This document shows, in pieces, positions 29,184 through 38,643 of a stretch of DNA of 38,643 nt (within the stretch, counting starts at the first letter, position 1; every line of letters starts with the position of its first letter). The notes under the pieces were generated by a model. The model saw nothing but the letters and a program-made list of their open reading frames with translations, was not told the origin of the DNA and did no database searches. The stretch lies in NCBI GenBank assembly GCA_903896595.1, contig CAITYL010000338.1, positions 1 to 38,643 of the forward strand. Direction: 5' to 3'. This DNA comes from an uncultured Lentisphaerota bacterium (GTDB lineage: Bacteria; Verrucomicrobiota; Lentisphaeria; Oligosphaerales; CAITYL01). The position numbers were made by a program, and so were the translations under genes.

Positions 29184-30206
29184 CTATGGGTTTTCCAGCG
29201 CGCTCTCGATCTCGCCGCCTTGGTTTTGCAGGTCTTCAATTTCCTGCCGCCACCAGGCGCCGCTGCCCCAGTCGGGGGCGAGGCGGGTGAAGCCGCCGTC
29301 GGCCTTTTGCCGGGCGCACCAGGCGGTGAAATGCAGGAAGCGCAGGGCGCGCAACGGTTCGATGAGGCGCAGGGACGGGAAATCGAAGTCGCGCATCTGG
29401 CAATAGCCGTCAAGCAGCAGGTCGATCTCCCGGCGGCAGGCGCGGGAGTAGCCGGGCAGCAGCATCCACAAGTCTTGGACGGGCGGGCCGACCGCCATGT
29501 CGTCGAAGTCGATCAAAAACAGCGGCTCGCCGGGACGGCTGAGCAGGTTGGCGCCGTGCAGGTCGCCGTGAATGCGCAGTTGTTCGCGGTCGTCAAAGAG
29601 CGGTTCGATCAGTTCGAGCACATTGCGGGCTGCGGTCTCGTACGGGCGTCGCCACTCGCTGGGCAGCACGTTGCTGCGGAGGATGTACTCGAGGTGGTCG
29701 GCGGCGGAGTCCCGCGGGCCGATGGTGATGCGGTCGTTGGGCGGGTGCTGGGCGCCGACGCTGTGGACGCGGGCGAGGAGCCGGCCCAGTTCCGCCCACT
29801 GGTCGGCGAGGGGTTCCTCCAACGGCCGGCCGCCACGCTTGGGAAAGAGGGCATAGGCCAGCCCGTCGTGGAGATGGAGTGTGGCGTCGTCCGGGCCGTC
29901 GGCGGCGGGCAGGGGGGCGATGACCGGCACCTCGGCGTCGCGGAGTTCGCAGAGAAAATCGTGCTCGTCCTGCAGGGCGTCCAGGCTCCAGCGGTGGGGC
30001 CGGTAGAACTTGGCGATCACCCAGCTGTCGTCGGCCATCCGCACTTCATAGACGCGGTTGATATAACTGGTCAGGGAGCGGCACATGCTGGTGGCCGGCC
30101 GGTCCAGAGTGTCTTCCACCAGGGCGATGACCCGCCGGGGGTCGAGGCTGGAAAAGTCCGGCAACGCATCGGGTTGGTCGGCCGCATCGGGTGTGTGTGT
30201 GGTCAT
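29184..30206 (-). CDS. SrkA/YihE-like serine/threonine protein kinase (aminoglycoside-phosphotransferase fold).
   Basis: IHGDLHGANLL catalytic loop, FLIDFDD motif, 340 aa. Confidence 0.7.
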   Translation of the reverse strand: MTTHTPDAADQPDALPDFSSLDPRRVIALVEDTLDRPATSMCRSLTSYINRVYEVRMADDSWVIAKFYRPHRWSLDALQDEHDFLCELRDAEVPVIAPLPAADGPDDATLHLHDGLAYALFPKRGGRPLEEPLADQWAELGRLLARVHSVGAQHPPNDRITIGPRDSAADHLEYILRSNVLPSEWRRPYETAARNVLELIEPLFDDREQLRIHGDLHGANLLSRPGEPLFLIDFDDMAVGPPVQDLWMLLPGYSRACRREIDLLLDGYCQMRDFDFPSLRLIEPLRALRFLHFTAWCARQKADGGFTRLAPDWGSGAWWRQEIEDLQNQGGEIESALENP

Positions 30207-30345
30207 GAAAACGTGGCCACCGCGTTCCGGCGGCCAGGATGCCTAAAACTCATTCGCGTGTTTCAGGCAATGTAACGACGGCGCCGGGATTGTCCAGCAA
30301 CAGGGTTTGGCGGCAAGCTTGGGGCTGATGCCATTGGGAAGGACG

Positions 30346-30438
30346 TGGGGGGAAAGGACCAAAAGGACCTAAGAGACCTAAGGGGAGACTGTTAAGTCCC
30401 CATAGGTCCTTTAGGTCCCTTAGGTCGTTTTGGTCCCT
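30346..30438. repeat. 93-nt imperfect palindrome built from GGACCTAAG-type tandem units.
   Basis: ggaccaaaaggacctaagagacctaagggga-gactgttaagtc-cccataggtcctttaggtcccttaggtcgttttggtcc, immediately 3' of the PEP-CTERM gene stop. Confidence 0.45.
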
Positions 30439-30446
30439 TGTTGCAG

Positions 30447-31175
30447 TCAGCTCCGCCGGCGGCGCAGGACGCACAGGCCGCCGAGGGCCAGCAGGGCGAG
30501 GCTGGCCGGCTCGGGGACCAGTGAGATGTTCATGTCCAAGCCCCAGGCTGCGCCAGCGTTGGTCCGGAAAATCTGCTGGTCCAGAAACCAGGAGTTCAGA
30601 TTCGAGTTGTACAGTTCCGCCATCAGCATAAAGCTGTTCGTGCCGGCGACGTACGTGGTCAGGTTGTTGATCGTACCACCATCGGTTACACTTGGGCCGC
30701 TCGGTGTGGTTTGGATCAAGTCGTATTGCGTCCCTGAACTGCCATTGTTGGTGGAGACGGACCACGCGACGGTCCCTACGCCGCCCGCCGCCGCCGCTAG
30801 TGACGCGTTGACGACCGTCGCCGTCGCGATCGGCGCGGTGTTGAAGTCAAACTCCCAAACCAATGTTGCGCGAGTCCCTGCGGCCCGACTGATATAGAGC
30901 GTTCCGTTGCCTTCGTTTATCTTCAGCCAATTAGCGGAAGTCGGCGACAAGCCCGCCTCAATGGTTGATTTCCAGGCGGTTGTCGTGTTGGTGTTGAGAT
31001 AATAAGCGTCGGCAGCCCTCTCGTAACGGATGCGGACGTCCGTGCCGTTGGCATCTTGGTTCCACTGGACATCGCCGGAGTTGATGGTGACGGTGGCGGC
31101 TTGGGCGAGGCCGGTGGTCAGGACGGCCAATGCCGCCAGCTTGCCGAGCCCGTTGAGTTGTGCTGTGCGTTGCAT
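30447..31175 (-). CDS. Secreted PEP-CTERM-anchored protein.
   Basis: Signal peptide MQRTAQLNGLGKLAALAVLTTGLAQA; C-terminal VPEPASLALLALGGLCVLRRRRS; RBS ggag. Confidence 0.75.
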   Translation of the reverse strand: MQRTAQLNGLGKLAALAVLTTGLAQAATVTINSGDVQWNQDANGTDVRIRYERAADAYYLNTNTTTAWKSTIEAGLSPTSANWLKINEGNGTLYISRAAGTRATLVWEFDFNTAPIATATVVNASLAAAAGGVGTVAWSVSTNNGSSGTQYDLIQTTPSGPSVTDGGTINNLTTYVAGTNSFMLMAELYNSNLNSWFLDQQIFRTNAGAAWGLDMNISLVPEPASLALLALGGLCVLRRRRS

Positions 31176-31253
31176 GGTCGATTCTCCTTGGGTTTTTATC
31201 TCCACACCTGACGGACCATCCGCCAGGGCATGAACGGGGATCAGGGGTTGGAA

Positions 31254-31770
31254 TTAGCCGGTTTCACCGGCAATCATCTCGCTGGTGTTGGCGTGGTGGA
31301 TTTCGGGGGCGCCGGCGTACCCGGCCAGGCGGCGCCGCAGCAGTTCGCCGGCGCAATAACCGACATCGTAATGCTGGTGGTCGATGGTGGTCAGGCGCAA
31401 TGGCGATACGCCCTCCACCTGGCATTTGAGCATGGAGACGACCTGGACGTCCTCCGGCACGCGGCGGCCGGTGGCTGTGGTGCAGGCCGGCACCCTGCAG
31501 GACAATGCCGGCGGGGCGCATGGCCACCGCCTGGTCGATCAACTTGTGGTACAGGTCAAAATCGGCATGGCTGCAATAGGCGCCCAGCATGTAGTGGTCC
31601 GGATCCAGGGCGTTCTGCAGGCCCCGCCCATATTCCACCACATTCTCCGACAGGCCGGTGGTGATCCAGGCCACCTGGTTCCGGGTATCGCCGTTGCGGG
31701 TGTCCGGCACCACCACTCCGCGCTGGGGTTGTTTGATCAGGTGGCCGTCGTTCACCAGCCACGCCACCAC
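31254..31770 (-). pseudogene. LacI-family regulator remnant: it lacks the HTH domain and has an internal frameshift.
   Basis: The C-terminal frame PEDVQVVSMLKCQVEGVSPLRLTTIDHQHYDVGYCAGELLRRRL is a LacI C-terminus. The mid part is in another frame (31506-31770). The 5' end abuts the repeat element at 31845. Confidence 0.55.
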
Positions 31771-31844
31771 GCGGCGGCATCCGTTGGAGATGCGGAGGCG
31801 AACGCGAGCGCCGCTACTCTGAGCGCGAACTGCCGGTGTTGTAC

Positions 31845-31988
31845 GTTTTTGCGGATTTTGCAGACCGCTTTAGTGCAACACCCCACACCGGGGATAACTG
31901 GGGTGGCCTGCGAAATCCGCAAAAGGCACAAACAGGTTTGACGGAGGGTTTGGGAACCGCCTTTGCTCAAAAGGGGGTTCCCAACATC
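31845..31988. repeat. Composite palindromic MITE/REP-like element (family A/B, copy 2).
   Basis: tttttgcggattttgcagaccgc ... ggcctgcgaaatccgcaaaagg inner inverted repeat. Its end aaaagggggttcccaacatcag is the reverse complement of the start of copy 1. Confidence 0.5.
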
Positions 31989-32003
31989 AGTCCGCCAAAG
32001 CCG

Positions 32004-32798
32004 TCATGTCTTTCCGGTGCGCAGAGGCAGCCAGGCGAGGAAGCGCTGGACTTGGCGGTCCCAGTACCCCCATTCGTGGGTGCCCGGGCCCTCTTCATAG
32101 GTCAGGGGCAGGCCGAGTTGGGTGACATGGTTGCGGAAGTGCTGGTTGCCGTCATACAGAAAATCTTCCGTGCCGCAGCACTGATAGAGTCGCGGTTGGG
32201 GGGCGGGCGAGGCCGCCAGGCGGGTGGCGAGGGCAAACAGGTCGTTGTCGGAACCGGCGAAGCGTTCAGGGCTGCCGAAAATGTTGTGGAAATCCAGGTT
32301 GTGGGCCGGGTCCGCCGCGGGCCACCAGCGGGCGACATCCAGGGCGCCGGAAAAACTGCCCGCCGCGGCAAACTGTTCCGGACAGCGCAGGGCGAGCTTG
32401 AAGGCGCCGTAACCGCCCATGGACAGGCCGGCGGCAAAGGTGTCTTCGCGGCGGTCGGAAACGGGGAAGAAGCTGCGGCAGAGGGCCGGCAGTTCCTGGC
32501 TGAGAAAGGTCCAGTACGGGCGGCCGCCGCAGGCCAGGTCGGTGTAGTAGCTGCGGTCCACGGCCGGCATCACCACGGCCAGGCCGAGGGGGGCCGCGTA
32601 GCGTTCGATGGAGGTGCGGCGCAGCCAGATGCTGTGGTCGTCGGAGAGGCCGTGGAGCAGGAACAGCACGGGGTGCCGGCCGGCGCCCGTCCGCCCGTTC
32701 ATGCCGATCTGCGCGGTCGTCGGTTGCGGCAGGATGACGGTCATGGAGCAACTCAGCCCCAGGGTTTCGGAAAAGAACTTGCAGTCGATCAGCGCCAT
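32004..32798 (-). CDS. Esterase (esterase D / S-formylglutathione-hydrolase-like alpha/beta hydrolase).
   Basis: GLSMGGYG nucleophile elbow, LHGLSDDH; ATG at 32798 with RBS gggag. The 165 upstream codons of the track ORF are read from tandem repeats and were rejected. Confidence 0.75.
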   Translation of the reverse strand: MALIDCKFFSETLGLSCSMTVILPQPTTAQIGMNGRTGAGRHPVLFLLHGLSDDHSIWLRRTSIERYAAPLGLAVVMPAVDRSYYTDLACGGRPYWTFLSQELPALCRSFFPVSDRREDTFAAGLSMGGYGAFKLALRCPEQFAAAGSFSGALDVARWWPAADPAHNLDFHNIFGSPERFAGSDNDLFALATRLAASPAPQPRLYQCCGTEDFLYDGNQHFRNHVTQLGLPLTYEEGPGTHEWGYWDRQVQRFLAWLPLRTGKT

Positions 32799-32821
32799 GG
32801 CATGCTCCCGTGGGTGGGATG

Positions 32822-32905
32822 AAAATAACGGAATAACGGAATAACGGAAGGACGGAAGGATGGAAGGATGGAAGGATGGAAGGATGAAAGGATGAAAGGA
32901 TGAAA
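32822..32905. repeat. Eleven tandem 8-mer units in the divergent esterase/regulator promoter region.
   Basis: (ggaataac)x3, (ggaaggaY)x5, (gaaaggat)x2. Confidence 0.6.
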
Positions 32906-32943
32906 ATGTGCCATGCCATGCCCCCATCTGCAATCCGGTTCCA

Positions 32944-32982
32944 GATGACGGGTTCGTCCGCCCGTGGCCGGGCGGCTTCCGG
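32944..32982. repeat. Second copy of the GC hairpin family (gatgacgggttcgtccgcccg...gggcggcttcc).
   Basis: About 85% identical to 28046-28084. Confidence 0.35.
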
Positions 32983-33114
32983 TCTTGGGCCAACCTCATG
33001 CGCCGCCGGTTTTGGGTGACGGCGGCTTGCAAAGGGCTAAAGTGGTTGTGTAGTGGGCTGTGTGTGGTGGATGAAGGGGTGGCGGCGGCCGGAAACGGCC
33101 AGGGTGGGCAGGCG

Positions 33115-34272
33115 ATGCGCAAGAACGGCGATAAAAAACGGGTGACGGTCAAGGCGGACCTGCCGTTGTATGCCCAGGTCCAGGAAAAGCTCCGCGGGCA
33201 TATCGCCCGGATGAAGACGGGCGACCGGCTCTCCTCGGAACGGCAGTTGTCTGAATATTTCAAGGTCGACCGGATCACCATTCGCCGGGCCATGATGGAC
33301 CTGGAGAACGAGGGCTATGTCGTCCGCCATCAGGGCCGGGGCACCTTCATTCGCCAACTGGCGGCCCAGGACCGGCGCCAGGTGACGGGGGTGAAGGCGA
33401 CCGGTGCGAACGTGATCGGCTTGGTGGTGCCGGACTTGGAACTGCCGATGCACGCTCAGTTGTTAAAAGGCGTTGAGGAGGCGGCGGCCCGCCAGGGAGT
33501 GAAGGTCTGGGTCCGCAACGCGCTGTTGGATCCCAACCGGGAATATGAGTTGCTGGAAAGTCTGGGCCGGGAAAATCTGGCGGGCATCATTACCGCCCCG
33601 CTGTCCGGCAATGTGTTTGCCAAGCCGTACGTGGAACGGATCAACCAGTTGGCGGCGGCCGGCAAGAAGGTGGTGCTGGTGGACCAGTACGTGCCGGGCA
33701 CGGCGGCGGCGGTGGCGATGGTGGACAAGTTCAAGGTCGGCTACATCGCCGCGGAGCATCTGATCATGCTCGGGCACCGGCGCATCTGCTACGCCTCCAC
33801 CCACACCTACGACACCTCGGGCGACGAGTCCTACCGCGGCTACCGCCAGGCGCTGGCGGATTACCGGGTGACCTTCCATCCGGAGCTGGAAGTCAATCTG
33901 CCGGTGGAATTTTCAGCCCAGCCGGCCGGCGACCGGGTCTGCCAGTTCCTCCGCGAGCATCCCGACCTCTGCACGGCCATTGCCACTCCGCAATTTTCCA
34001 TGGGCTACGGCATTTACAAGGCGCTGGTGAAATTCGGCGTGAAGATTGGCGAGGAGATCGCCCTGGTGGGCAACAACATGGGCTACAACCAGGAACTGGC
34101 GCACATCACGCACACGGATCAGCCGTATGAGGAGGTTGGCCGGCGCGCGGTGGGGCTGCTGTTCCCGGACGAGGGCGCGGCCGAACGCGTCCAGCGACAT
34201 TGCCTGGTGGATCCGGTGCTGGTGATCGGCGACACCTGTGGCTCCCAACGCAACAACGGAACAACGGAATGA
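33115..34272 (+). CDS. GntR-type HTH fused to a LacI/periplasmic-binding-like sugar-binding domain transcriptional regulator.
   Basis: [52 protein letters not shown] (GntR wHTH), then a LacI-type ligand domain (IGLVVPD..., LGHRRICY). ATG at 33115 was chosen. Confidence 0.8.
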   Translation: MRKNGDKKRVTVKADLPLYAQVQEKLRGHIARMKTGDRLSSERQLSEYFKVDRITIRRAMMDLENEGYVVRHQGRGTFIRQLAAQDRRQVTGVKATGANVIGLVVPDLELPMHAQLLKGVEEAAARQGVKVWVRNALLDPNREYELLESLGRENLAGIITAPLSGNVFAKPYVERINQLAAAGKKVVLVDQYVPGTAAAVAMVDKFKVGYIAAEHLIMLGHRRICYASTHTYDTSGDESYRGYRQALADYRVTFHPELEVNLPVEFSAQPAGDRVCQFLREHPDLCTAIATPQFSMGYGIYKALVKFGVKIGEEIALVGNNMGYNQELAHITHTDQPYEEVGRRAVGLLFPDEGAAERVQRHCLVDPVLVIGDTCGSQRNNGTTE

Positions 34273-34292
34273 CGGAATGACGGAATGACGGC
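34247..34292. repeat. Tandem 8-mer repeats overlapping the 3' end of the regulator gene.
   Basis: caacgcaac aacggaac aacggaat gacggaat gacggaat gacgg. Confidence 0.5.
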
Positions 34293-34403
34293 CAGCCCGG
34301 CGGCTGACGCCGCCCCATGAAATTCCTGGCCACCGGTGGCCCATGCCGGATCAGAATAACCACACGCCCCCCGCAAGCGACAAGAAACCCAAGGAGAAAG
34401 CCA

Positions 34404-35048
34404 ATGAACACGCTGACCAAGATGATGTCCGTGGCCGCTTTAACCCTGACCGCCGCCACCGGCTGGGGCGCCGTGACCCAGTACAACGAACCGCTGCCCG
34501 CCGGCATGATGCCGTACCGCACGTTTTTGGACGGGTATGTGGCGACGGCGGTCTCAGGATCGACCGGCGCGATTGCCTGGGCCGCCAACACCAATGCGTA
34601 CGGCCATACCGTTCAGAACATCAACATGAATCCGGGCTGGAAGAGCACGCGAACCTGGGTAAATGGCTCCGCCATACAATGGAGCAATGTGAACTTCACC
34701 TCGACCGGCACGCAGGAGGTGTGGATGTCCTGGATCTTCTTTGCGGACAAAGCAAATCAGACCGTCACCTACACGCTCAGCGCCGGGCCGAACGCCGCCA
34801 GCCTGACCACGCGCGGCACCTACAACCTGACGACCGCCAGCTATAACACCGGCATGTATTGGACCAAGATCGGCAGCAACTGGAACTTCAATACCACGGA
34901 CACGGTGGTGCGCCTGACCTTGACCACTCCCACGGATTATCTGTTTTATGTTCAGGGCGTGGACGAACTGGTGTTCGCGGTGCCCGAACCGGCCTCCCTG
35001 TGCCTGCTGGCGCTGGGCGGGCTGGCACTGCTGCGCCGGCGGCGGTAA
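34404..35048 (+). CDS. Secreted PEP-CTERM-anchored protein, paralogous in architecture to 30447-31175.
   Basis: Signal peptide MNTLTKMMSVAALTLTAATGWGAV; C-terminal VPEPASLCLLALGGLALLRRRR; RBS aaggag. Confidence 0.75.
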   Translation: MNTLTKMMSVAALTLTAATGWGAVTQYNEPLPAGMMPYRTFLDGYVATAVSGSTGAIAWAANTNAYGHTVQNINMNPGWKSTRTWVNGSAIQWSNVNFTSTGTQEVWMSWIFFADKANQTVTYTLSAGPNAASLTTRGTYNLTTASYNTGMYWTKIGSNWNFNTTDTVVRLTLTTPTDYLFYVQGVDELVFAVPEPASLCLLALGGLALLRRRR

Positions 35049-35079
35049 ATGGTTGCGCTGACCAACAAGGGGTAGATTA

Positions 35080-35148
35080 GGGGGGGGCGGTCCGACAGGT
35101 CCGACCCGTCGGACGTGTCGGATATGTCTGACATAAAACGCCCCCCGG
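35080..35148. repeat. GC hairpin containing (gtcSgac) hexamer-type repeats after the PEP-CTERM gene.
   Basis: gggggggcggtccgacaggtccgacccgtcggacgtgtcggatatgtctgac ... cgcccccc. Confidence 0.3.
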
Positions 35149-35160
35149 TAACCCGGCTAC

Positions 35161-35826
35161 ATGATGCACTCTCCCATGAAACGCTTTACCCTCATTGAAT
35201 TGCTGGTGGTGATCGCGATCATCGCGATCCTCGCGGCCATGCTGCTGCCGTCGCTGAACTCGGCGCGGGAGAAGGCCAAGACCATCTCATGCGCCAACAA
35301 CTTAAAGCAGTTGGGGCTGGTCGTCTATTTCTACGCGGGGGACTATGATGATTTCATTGTCGCGGAGCAGCAGGCGGATGGCTTTTTATGGTCGTTCCTC
35401 CTGGGCAAAAGCGGCGGCTGGATCGGCCAGTCGCTTGATCTGGCCTGGGCCGATCCCGTGTTCAGTCTGACCCCCAACAATCACTGGCTTTCCGGGAACG
35501 ATCGCATCATCTATTGTCCGAGCGACAAGCGAACTACGGTGTATCCCTATTGCTATTCGTCGTACGGGATCAATATCGGCGTTTCCGGAACGGATTTTAC
35601 CGCCGGCGCCTTTCCCGCCCAATATCTGTTCCGCGGCCGCCTGTCCACCGCCAAGAAAAATGCCATTTTATTGGCCGAAGCGGGGCAGGGCTATTTGTTT
35701 GTCAATCGGACGCAGCTGTCTTCAAACCATGCCAACCCGCTTACCGTCAACACCCTCTATTTGGACGGACATGTCCAATTGTGGCGCAATAACTTGGAAA
35801 TCCCCGAGGCGGAGATTGAGCCGTAA
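35161..35826 (+). CDS. DUF1559-type protein with prepilin-type N-terminal cleavage/methylation signal.
   Basis: [27 protein letters not shown]-terminus; C-terminal [10 protein letters not shown] (H-x-G DUF1559 end). Confidence 0.85.
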   Translation: MMHSPMKRFTLIELLVVIAIIAILAAMLLPSLNSAREKAKTISCANNLKQLGLVVYFYAGDYDDFIVAEQQADGFLWSFLLGKSGGWIGQSLDLAWADPVFSLTPNNHWLSGNDRIIYCPSDKRTTVYPYCYSSYGINIGVSGTDFTAGAFPAQYLFRGRLSTAKKNAILLAEAGQGYLFVNRTQLSSNHANPLTVNTLYLDGHVQLWRNNLEIPEAEIEP

Positions 35827-35855
35827 TTAAATTTCATCATCGCAATTGTTCTTGA

Positions 35856-35945
35856 TTTTGAACAGGAGGCCGCAGAGGCCACGGAGAAGTTTTTCTCCGT
35901 TTTCTCCAGACTTCTCCTGTTCAAATTCATGAATCATTCAGGCTG
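35856..35945 (-). repeat. Copy 2 of the ~80-nt repeat family C, again starting about 30 nt after a stop codon.
   Basis: The reverse complement is about 90% identical to 5624-5702, with an extra 11-bp ttgaacaggag/ctcctgttcaa inverted repeat. Confidence 0.5.
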
Positions 35946-36033
35946 CCGGGGCTGTTTCTCCCCGTGGCTGTTTTGCCGGCTGAAGCCGGGACAACGAACT
36001 TAAAACGTCCTTTTTATGCACTGGAGAATCATC

Positions 36034-38451
36034 ATGTCTTTGAGCCGTACTTTGTTCTGTCGTGGCTGGTTGCCGCTGTTGGTTTTGGCCGTTGCGCTGG
36101 CCGGGAGTTCCCCGGCCCCGGCTGGTGAGACGGCGGCGGCGGACAAGGGCGGTTGGCTGCGCAGCTGGCTGGTGGGCGGGCCGTTCGGCATGGCGGGGCT
36201 TTCCAGCATTGCCCCCCATTATGAGCGGCACTTCATTCCCGTGCCGGGCCCGGAATGGAACCAGTACTGGCTGGACACGATCCTGCACGTGACCTGGAAG
36301 GAATACGCCAGCCCGACCGACCGGATCAACCTGGACCTTCCCGGCACCTTCGGGGGGCGGCCGGCCTTTGAATGGCCGGTAGGCAATCCGGGGTGCGCCT
36401 ACGCCGCGCTTTACGTGACGTTTCCGGGGCAGATGGACGTGCTGCTCGACTTCGAGGCGTCGGGCAACGCGGAACTGTTGCTGAACGGCAAGCCGGTGCG
36501 GCCGGACCAGGCCATGGTCGGCGGCGACGGCCACGGCGGCTTTGCGCGGCGCGCGGGCGATCCGCCGCTGCGCACCGCCGTGACCATGCCGACCGGCACC
36601 AACCTGCTGCTGGCCAAGCTGTTCTTCCCCCAATCCCAGTACCGGGCCGGCAGCGGGAACGCCACCTGGTTCAAGTGCCGCTTTCTGAACCTGGACGGCA
36701 GTCCTGTCGAGGGGGTCGTGATCGGGGCCAGCTATGCCCAGGCCAACCTGCCGGGCGTGGTCCGTTATCAGACCGCCCCGCCGGACTGGCTGTTGCCGCC
36801 CGGCGGCCCGGCGGCCAACCGCCGCGGCATGCGGCTGGGCGAACTGCTCGACTTCACGCTGGCCAGCAACCGGGACATGAATCTGTTTGTGAGCGGGGAG
36901 CCGGTCCGGCTGCAAGGGACGTTGAAACTGCTCAATCCCGCCGAACGCCAAAAACGCTACGGCGTCAATCAGACCGCCTATGACCAGGCGCCGCCGGCGG
37001 TGACCGTTAGCTGGCAGTTGTATGATTTCAATGAAAAACTGGTGGCGCGCCGGGTCGTCAGGGTGGCGCTGGCCCTTGGTAAGGGCGGCTCGTTCGACCT
37101 GGATCTGAACAAATTGGGTCGCGGCCACTACACGCTGTTCACCGAGGTGTGGCAGGGGGCCAAGCGGGTCTGCCAGCCCCGGCCCAAGATGATCACCGTG
37201 GTGGATCCGCCGACCCTGCCGTTGCCCGGGGTCCATTCCAAGTTCGCCCACAGTGCCTATTACATCCTAAATAGCGACGATCCGCGCGCGCATGAACGCT
37301 GGCTGCGGCTACTGGCGCTGGCCAAGATCCGCCTGCAGATCGGCAGTGTCCACGACTGGTGGCTCACCCAGGCCGCGGCGGAGTGGGTGGCGTTGCCGCC
37401 GGAAAAGCGGAGCTGGCCGCGGGCGCCGCAGGCGGCGAGCGTCCAGCGGGCCCGGCAACTGGGGATCGAACTGGTCGGCCAGGTCGGCGGCTATTACCGC
37501 GGCTCGAAGTGCCGGCTGTTTGCCAACGACCCGGCCAAGGCCGACCATCTGATCATCAATGAGTGGATGGACTGCGGTCCGATCGACGGTCCCGAGGCGG
37601 AACGGATCATTGACACCTATGTGTATGAGACCGTGAAAAAGTACAAGAGCCTGTTCCGTTACTGGCGGATCGGCAACGAAATGAACCTGCGCGGCTTCAC
37701 CCCGGCGGAACTGCTGCACGTGCAGGCGGTGACGTCCAAGGCGATGAAGCGGGCGGACCCCAATTCCAAGCTGTGGAGCGGCTCCATTTCCGGCTTTGAT
37801 CTGCCCTATGTGGAGGCGATGTTGAAGCTGGGGTACGACCAGGTGGTGGATGTCCACGATTATCATCACTACATCTGGCCGCAGGCCGACCAGACGTATC
37901 AGGACCTGGGCGGTTTCAACGCCCTGGACAAGCTGTTCAAGGATTACAACGCGAGGCTGCCGATCGCCAACGGCGAGATTGGCTGCTACCGCTCGATCTT
38001 CCCGGACGGGGCGCGGGTCGAGGCGGCCATGGATGTCCGGGCGATCACCGTTGCCCACACCTACGACTCGCTGCAATGGATCGCGCCGCACACCTTCACG
38101 CCGCTGGACTGGACGCTGCTGGAGGAGGACGGCCTGGCGCCGTCCTATCTGGCCTATCGCACCGCCGCCGACTTTCTGGAAGGCGCCCGCCACCAGGGCG
38201 GGGTGACGGGGGTGGCGGCCGGCGTCGGCGCCTACCGCTTCACCCGGCCGTCCGGCAAGACCGTTCTGGTGCTGTGGGACGAACAGAATCGTCCGGTCAC
38301 CCTTCCCGGCGTGAGCCGTTCCTGGAAGGTTTATGACCTGCTGGGACGGAAACTGGCGCTGCCGGCCGACGGCCCCCTGCCGCTGAGCATCTACCCCATT
38401 TATGTCACCGACGGCGCCCTGGAAGAAGGCAAAACGCCGACGCCGCTGTGA
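36034..38451 (+). CDS. Large secreted protein, probable clan GH-A (TIM-barrel) glycoside hydrolase.
   Basis: Signal peptide MSLSRTLFCRGWLPLLVLAVALAG. WRIGNEMN is a candidate acid/base motif and ANGEIGCY a candidate nucleophile motif about 100 aa later. RBS ggaga. Confidence 0.5.
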   Translation: MSLSRTLFCRGWLPLLVLAVALAGSSPAPAGETAAADKGGWLRSWLVGGPFGMAGLSSIAPHYERHFIPVPGPEWNQYWLDTILHVTWKEYASPTDRINLDLPGTFGGRPAFEWPVGNPGCAYAALYVTFPGQMDVLLDFEASGNAELLLNGKPVRPDQAMVGGDGHGGFARRAGDPPLRTAVTMPTGTNLLLAKLFFPQSQYRAGSGNATWFKCRFLNLDGSPVEGVVIGASYAQANLPGVVRYQTAPPDWLLPPGGPAANRRGMRLGELLDFTLASNRDMNLFVSGEPVRLQGTLKLLNPAERQKRYGVNQTAYDQAPPAVTVSWQLYDFNEKLVARRVVRVALALGKGGSFDLDLNKLGRGHYTLFTEVWQGAKRVCQPRPKMITVVDPPTLPLPGVHSKFAHSAYYILNSDDPRAHERWLRLLALAKIRLQIGSVHDWWLTQAAAEWVALPPEKRSWPRAPQAASVQRARQLGIELVGQVGGYYRGSKCRLFANDPAKADHLIINEWMDCGPIDGPEAERIIDTYVYETVKKYKSLFRYWRIGNEMNLRGFTPAELLHVQAVTSKAMKRADPNSKLWSGSISGFDLPYVEAMLKLGYDQVVDVHDYHHYIWPQADQTYQDLGGFNALDKLFKDYNARLPIANGEIGCYRSIFPDGARVEAAMDVRAITVAHTYDSLQWIAPHTFTPLDWTLLEEDGLAPSYLAYRTAADFLEGARHQGGVTGVAAGVGAYRFTRPSGKTVLVLWDEQNRPVTLPGVSRSWKVYDLLGRKLALPADGPLPLSIYPIYVTDGALEEGKTPTPL

Positions 38452-38560
38452 ACCGGGCACGCCAATCCTCCGAAGTGCGTGCGACTCGGCAAAAATGGCC
38501 GCTGGCGGAACGGTGAGTCTGTTGGCGGCTTTCGTCCCGTAGGGACTGAACGACAATAGG

Positions 38561-38578
38561 CAGGGGCTTCAGCCCCTG
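38561..38578. terminator. Terminator-like hairpin after the hydrolase gene.
   Basis: caggggc-ttca-gcccctg with a nearby gtcccgtagggac hairpin; no clear U-tract. Confidence 0.25.
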
Positions 38579-38643
38579 TTCCAGTAAATCAAAAAAGGCG
38601 TGCCGTAGGTACGCCGCGAACCGTACGGCCACTCTGACCGCGA

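Noticed and set aside
29220-30275. 351-aa plus-strand ORF.
   Set aside because: It is antisense to the SrkA-like kinase, which carries catalytic motifs.
32908-33114. Upstream extension of the regulator ORF.
   Set aside because: The track start is non-ATG and crosses the hairpin repeat. ATG at 33115 was preferred.
32799-33293. N-terminal 165 codons of the track ORF 32004-33293 (encoding FHPSILPSF repeats).
   Set aside because: They are read from 8-mer tandem repeats and the GC hairpin. The esterase has a proper ATG and RBS at 32798.
35938-38556. Two long minus-strand ORFs (35938-37251 and 37309-38556).
   Set aside because: They are antisense to the secreted hydrolase gene and have a low-complexity composition.

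Overview
This is a 38.6-kb high-GC bacterial chromosomal window. The gene content suggests an anaerobic, probably PVC-type organism: NrdD, PFOR, a prepilin-like DUF1559 protein, two PEP-CTERM proteins and a GntR/LacI-hybrid regulator. That taxonomic guess is inference only. From 5' to 3' the window holds: (i) an IS element (1-1998) with imperfect terminal inverted repeats and a transposase split over two frames; (ii) an ATP-cone class III ribonucleotide reductase gene followed by a CxxC redoxin; (iii) an aldo-keto reductase, a 6-phosphofructokinase and pyruvate:ferredoxin oxidoreductase; (iv) an ~11-kb AT-richer accessory island (about 12.7-23.9 kb), described below; (v) an mlaE(STAS fusion)-mlaF-mlaD-lipoprotein operon, a site-2 protease and an SrkA-like kinase; (vi) two PEP-CTERM proteins, a frameshifted 5'-truncated LacI-type pseudogene, an esterase, a GntR/LacI regulator, a DUF1559 prepilin-like protein and a large secreted GH-A-like hydrolase. 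The island carries a HEPN-like (Rx4H) gene, a tight six-gene minus-strand operon (SPFH-SHOCT protein, 4-TM protein, three zinc-ribbon/TM proteins with DUF4339 and/or MORN repeats, and a small caspase-like clan-CD peptidase candidate), a hypothetical gene and a hicB-hicA pair. Four same-orientation copies of a ~50-bp repeat punctuate the island like cassette boundaries. This operon plus its repeat punctuation is the best candidate for an undescribed system. The window also contains several distinct small repeat families: MITE/REP-like composite palindromes, an ~80-nt element found just after stop codons, GC hairpin families, 8-mer microsatellites flanking the regulator gene, and a 93-nt palindrome. 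No rRNA, tRNA or CRISPR array was seen. The ORF track uses GTG/TTG as M, so several starts were re-chosen at ATG codons with Shine-Dalgarno support.
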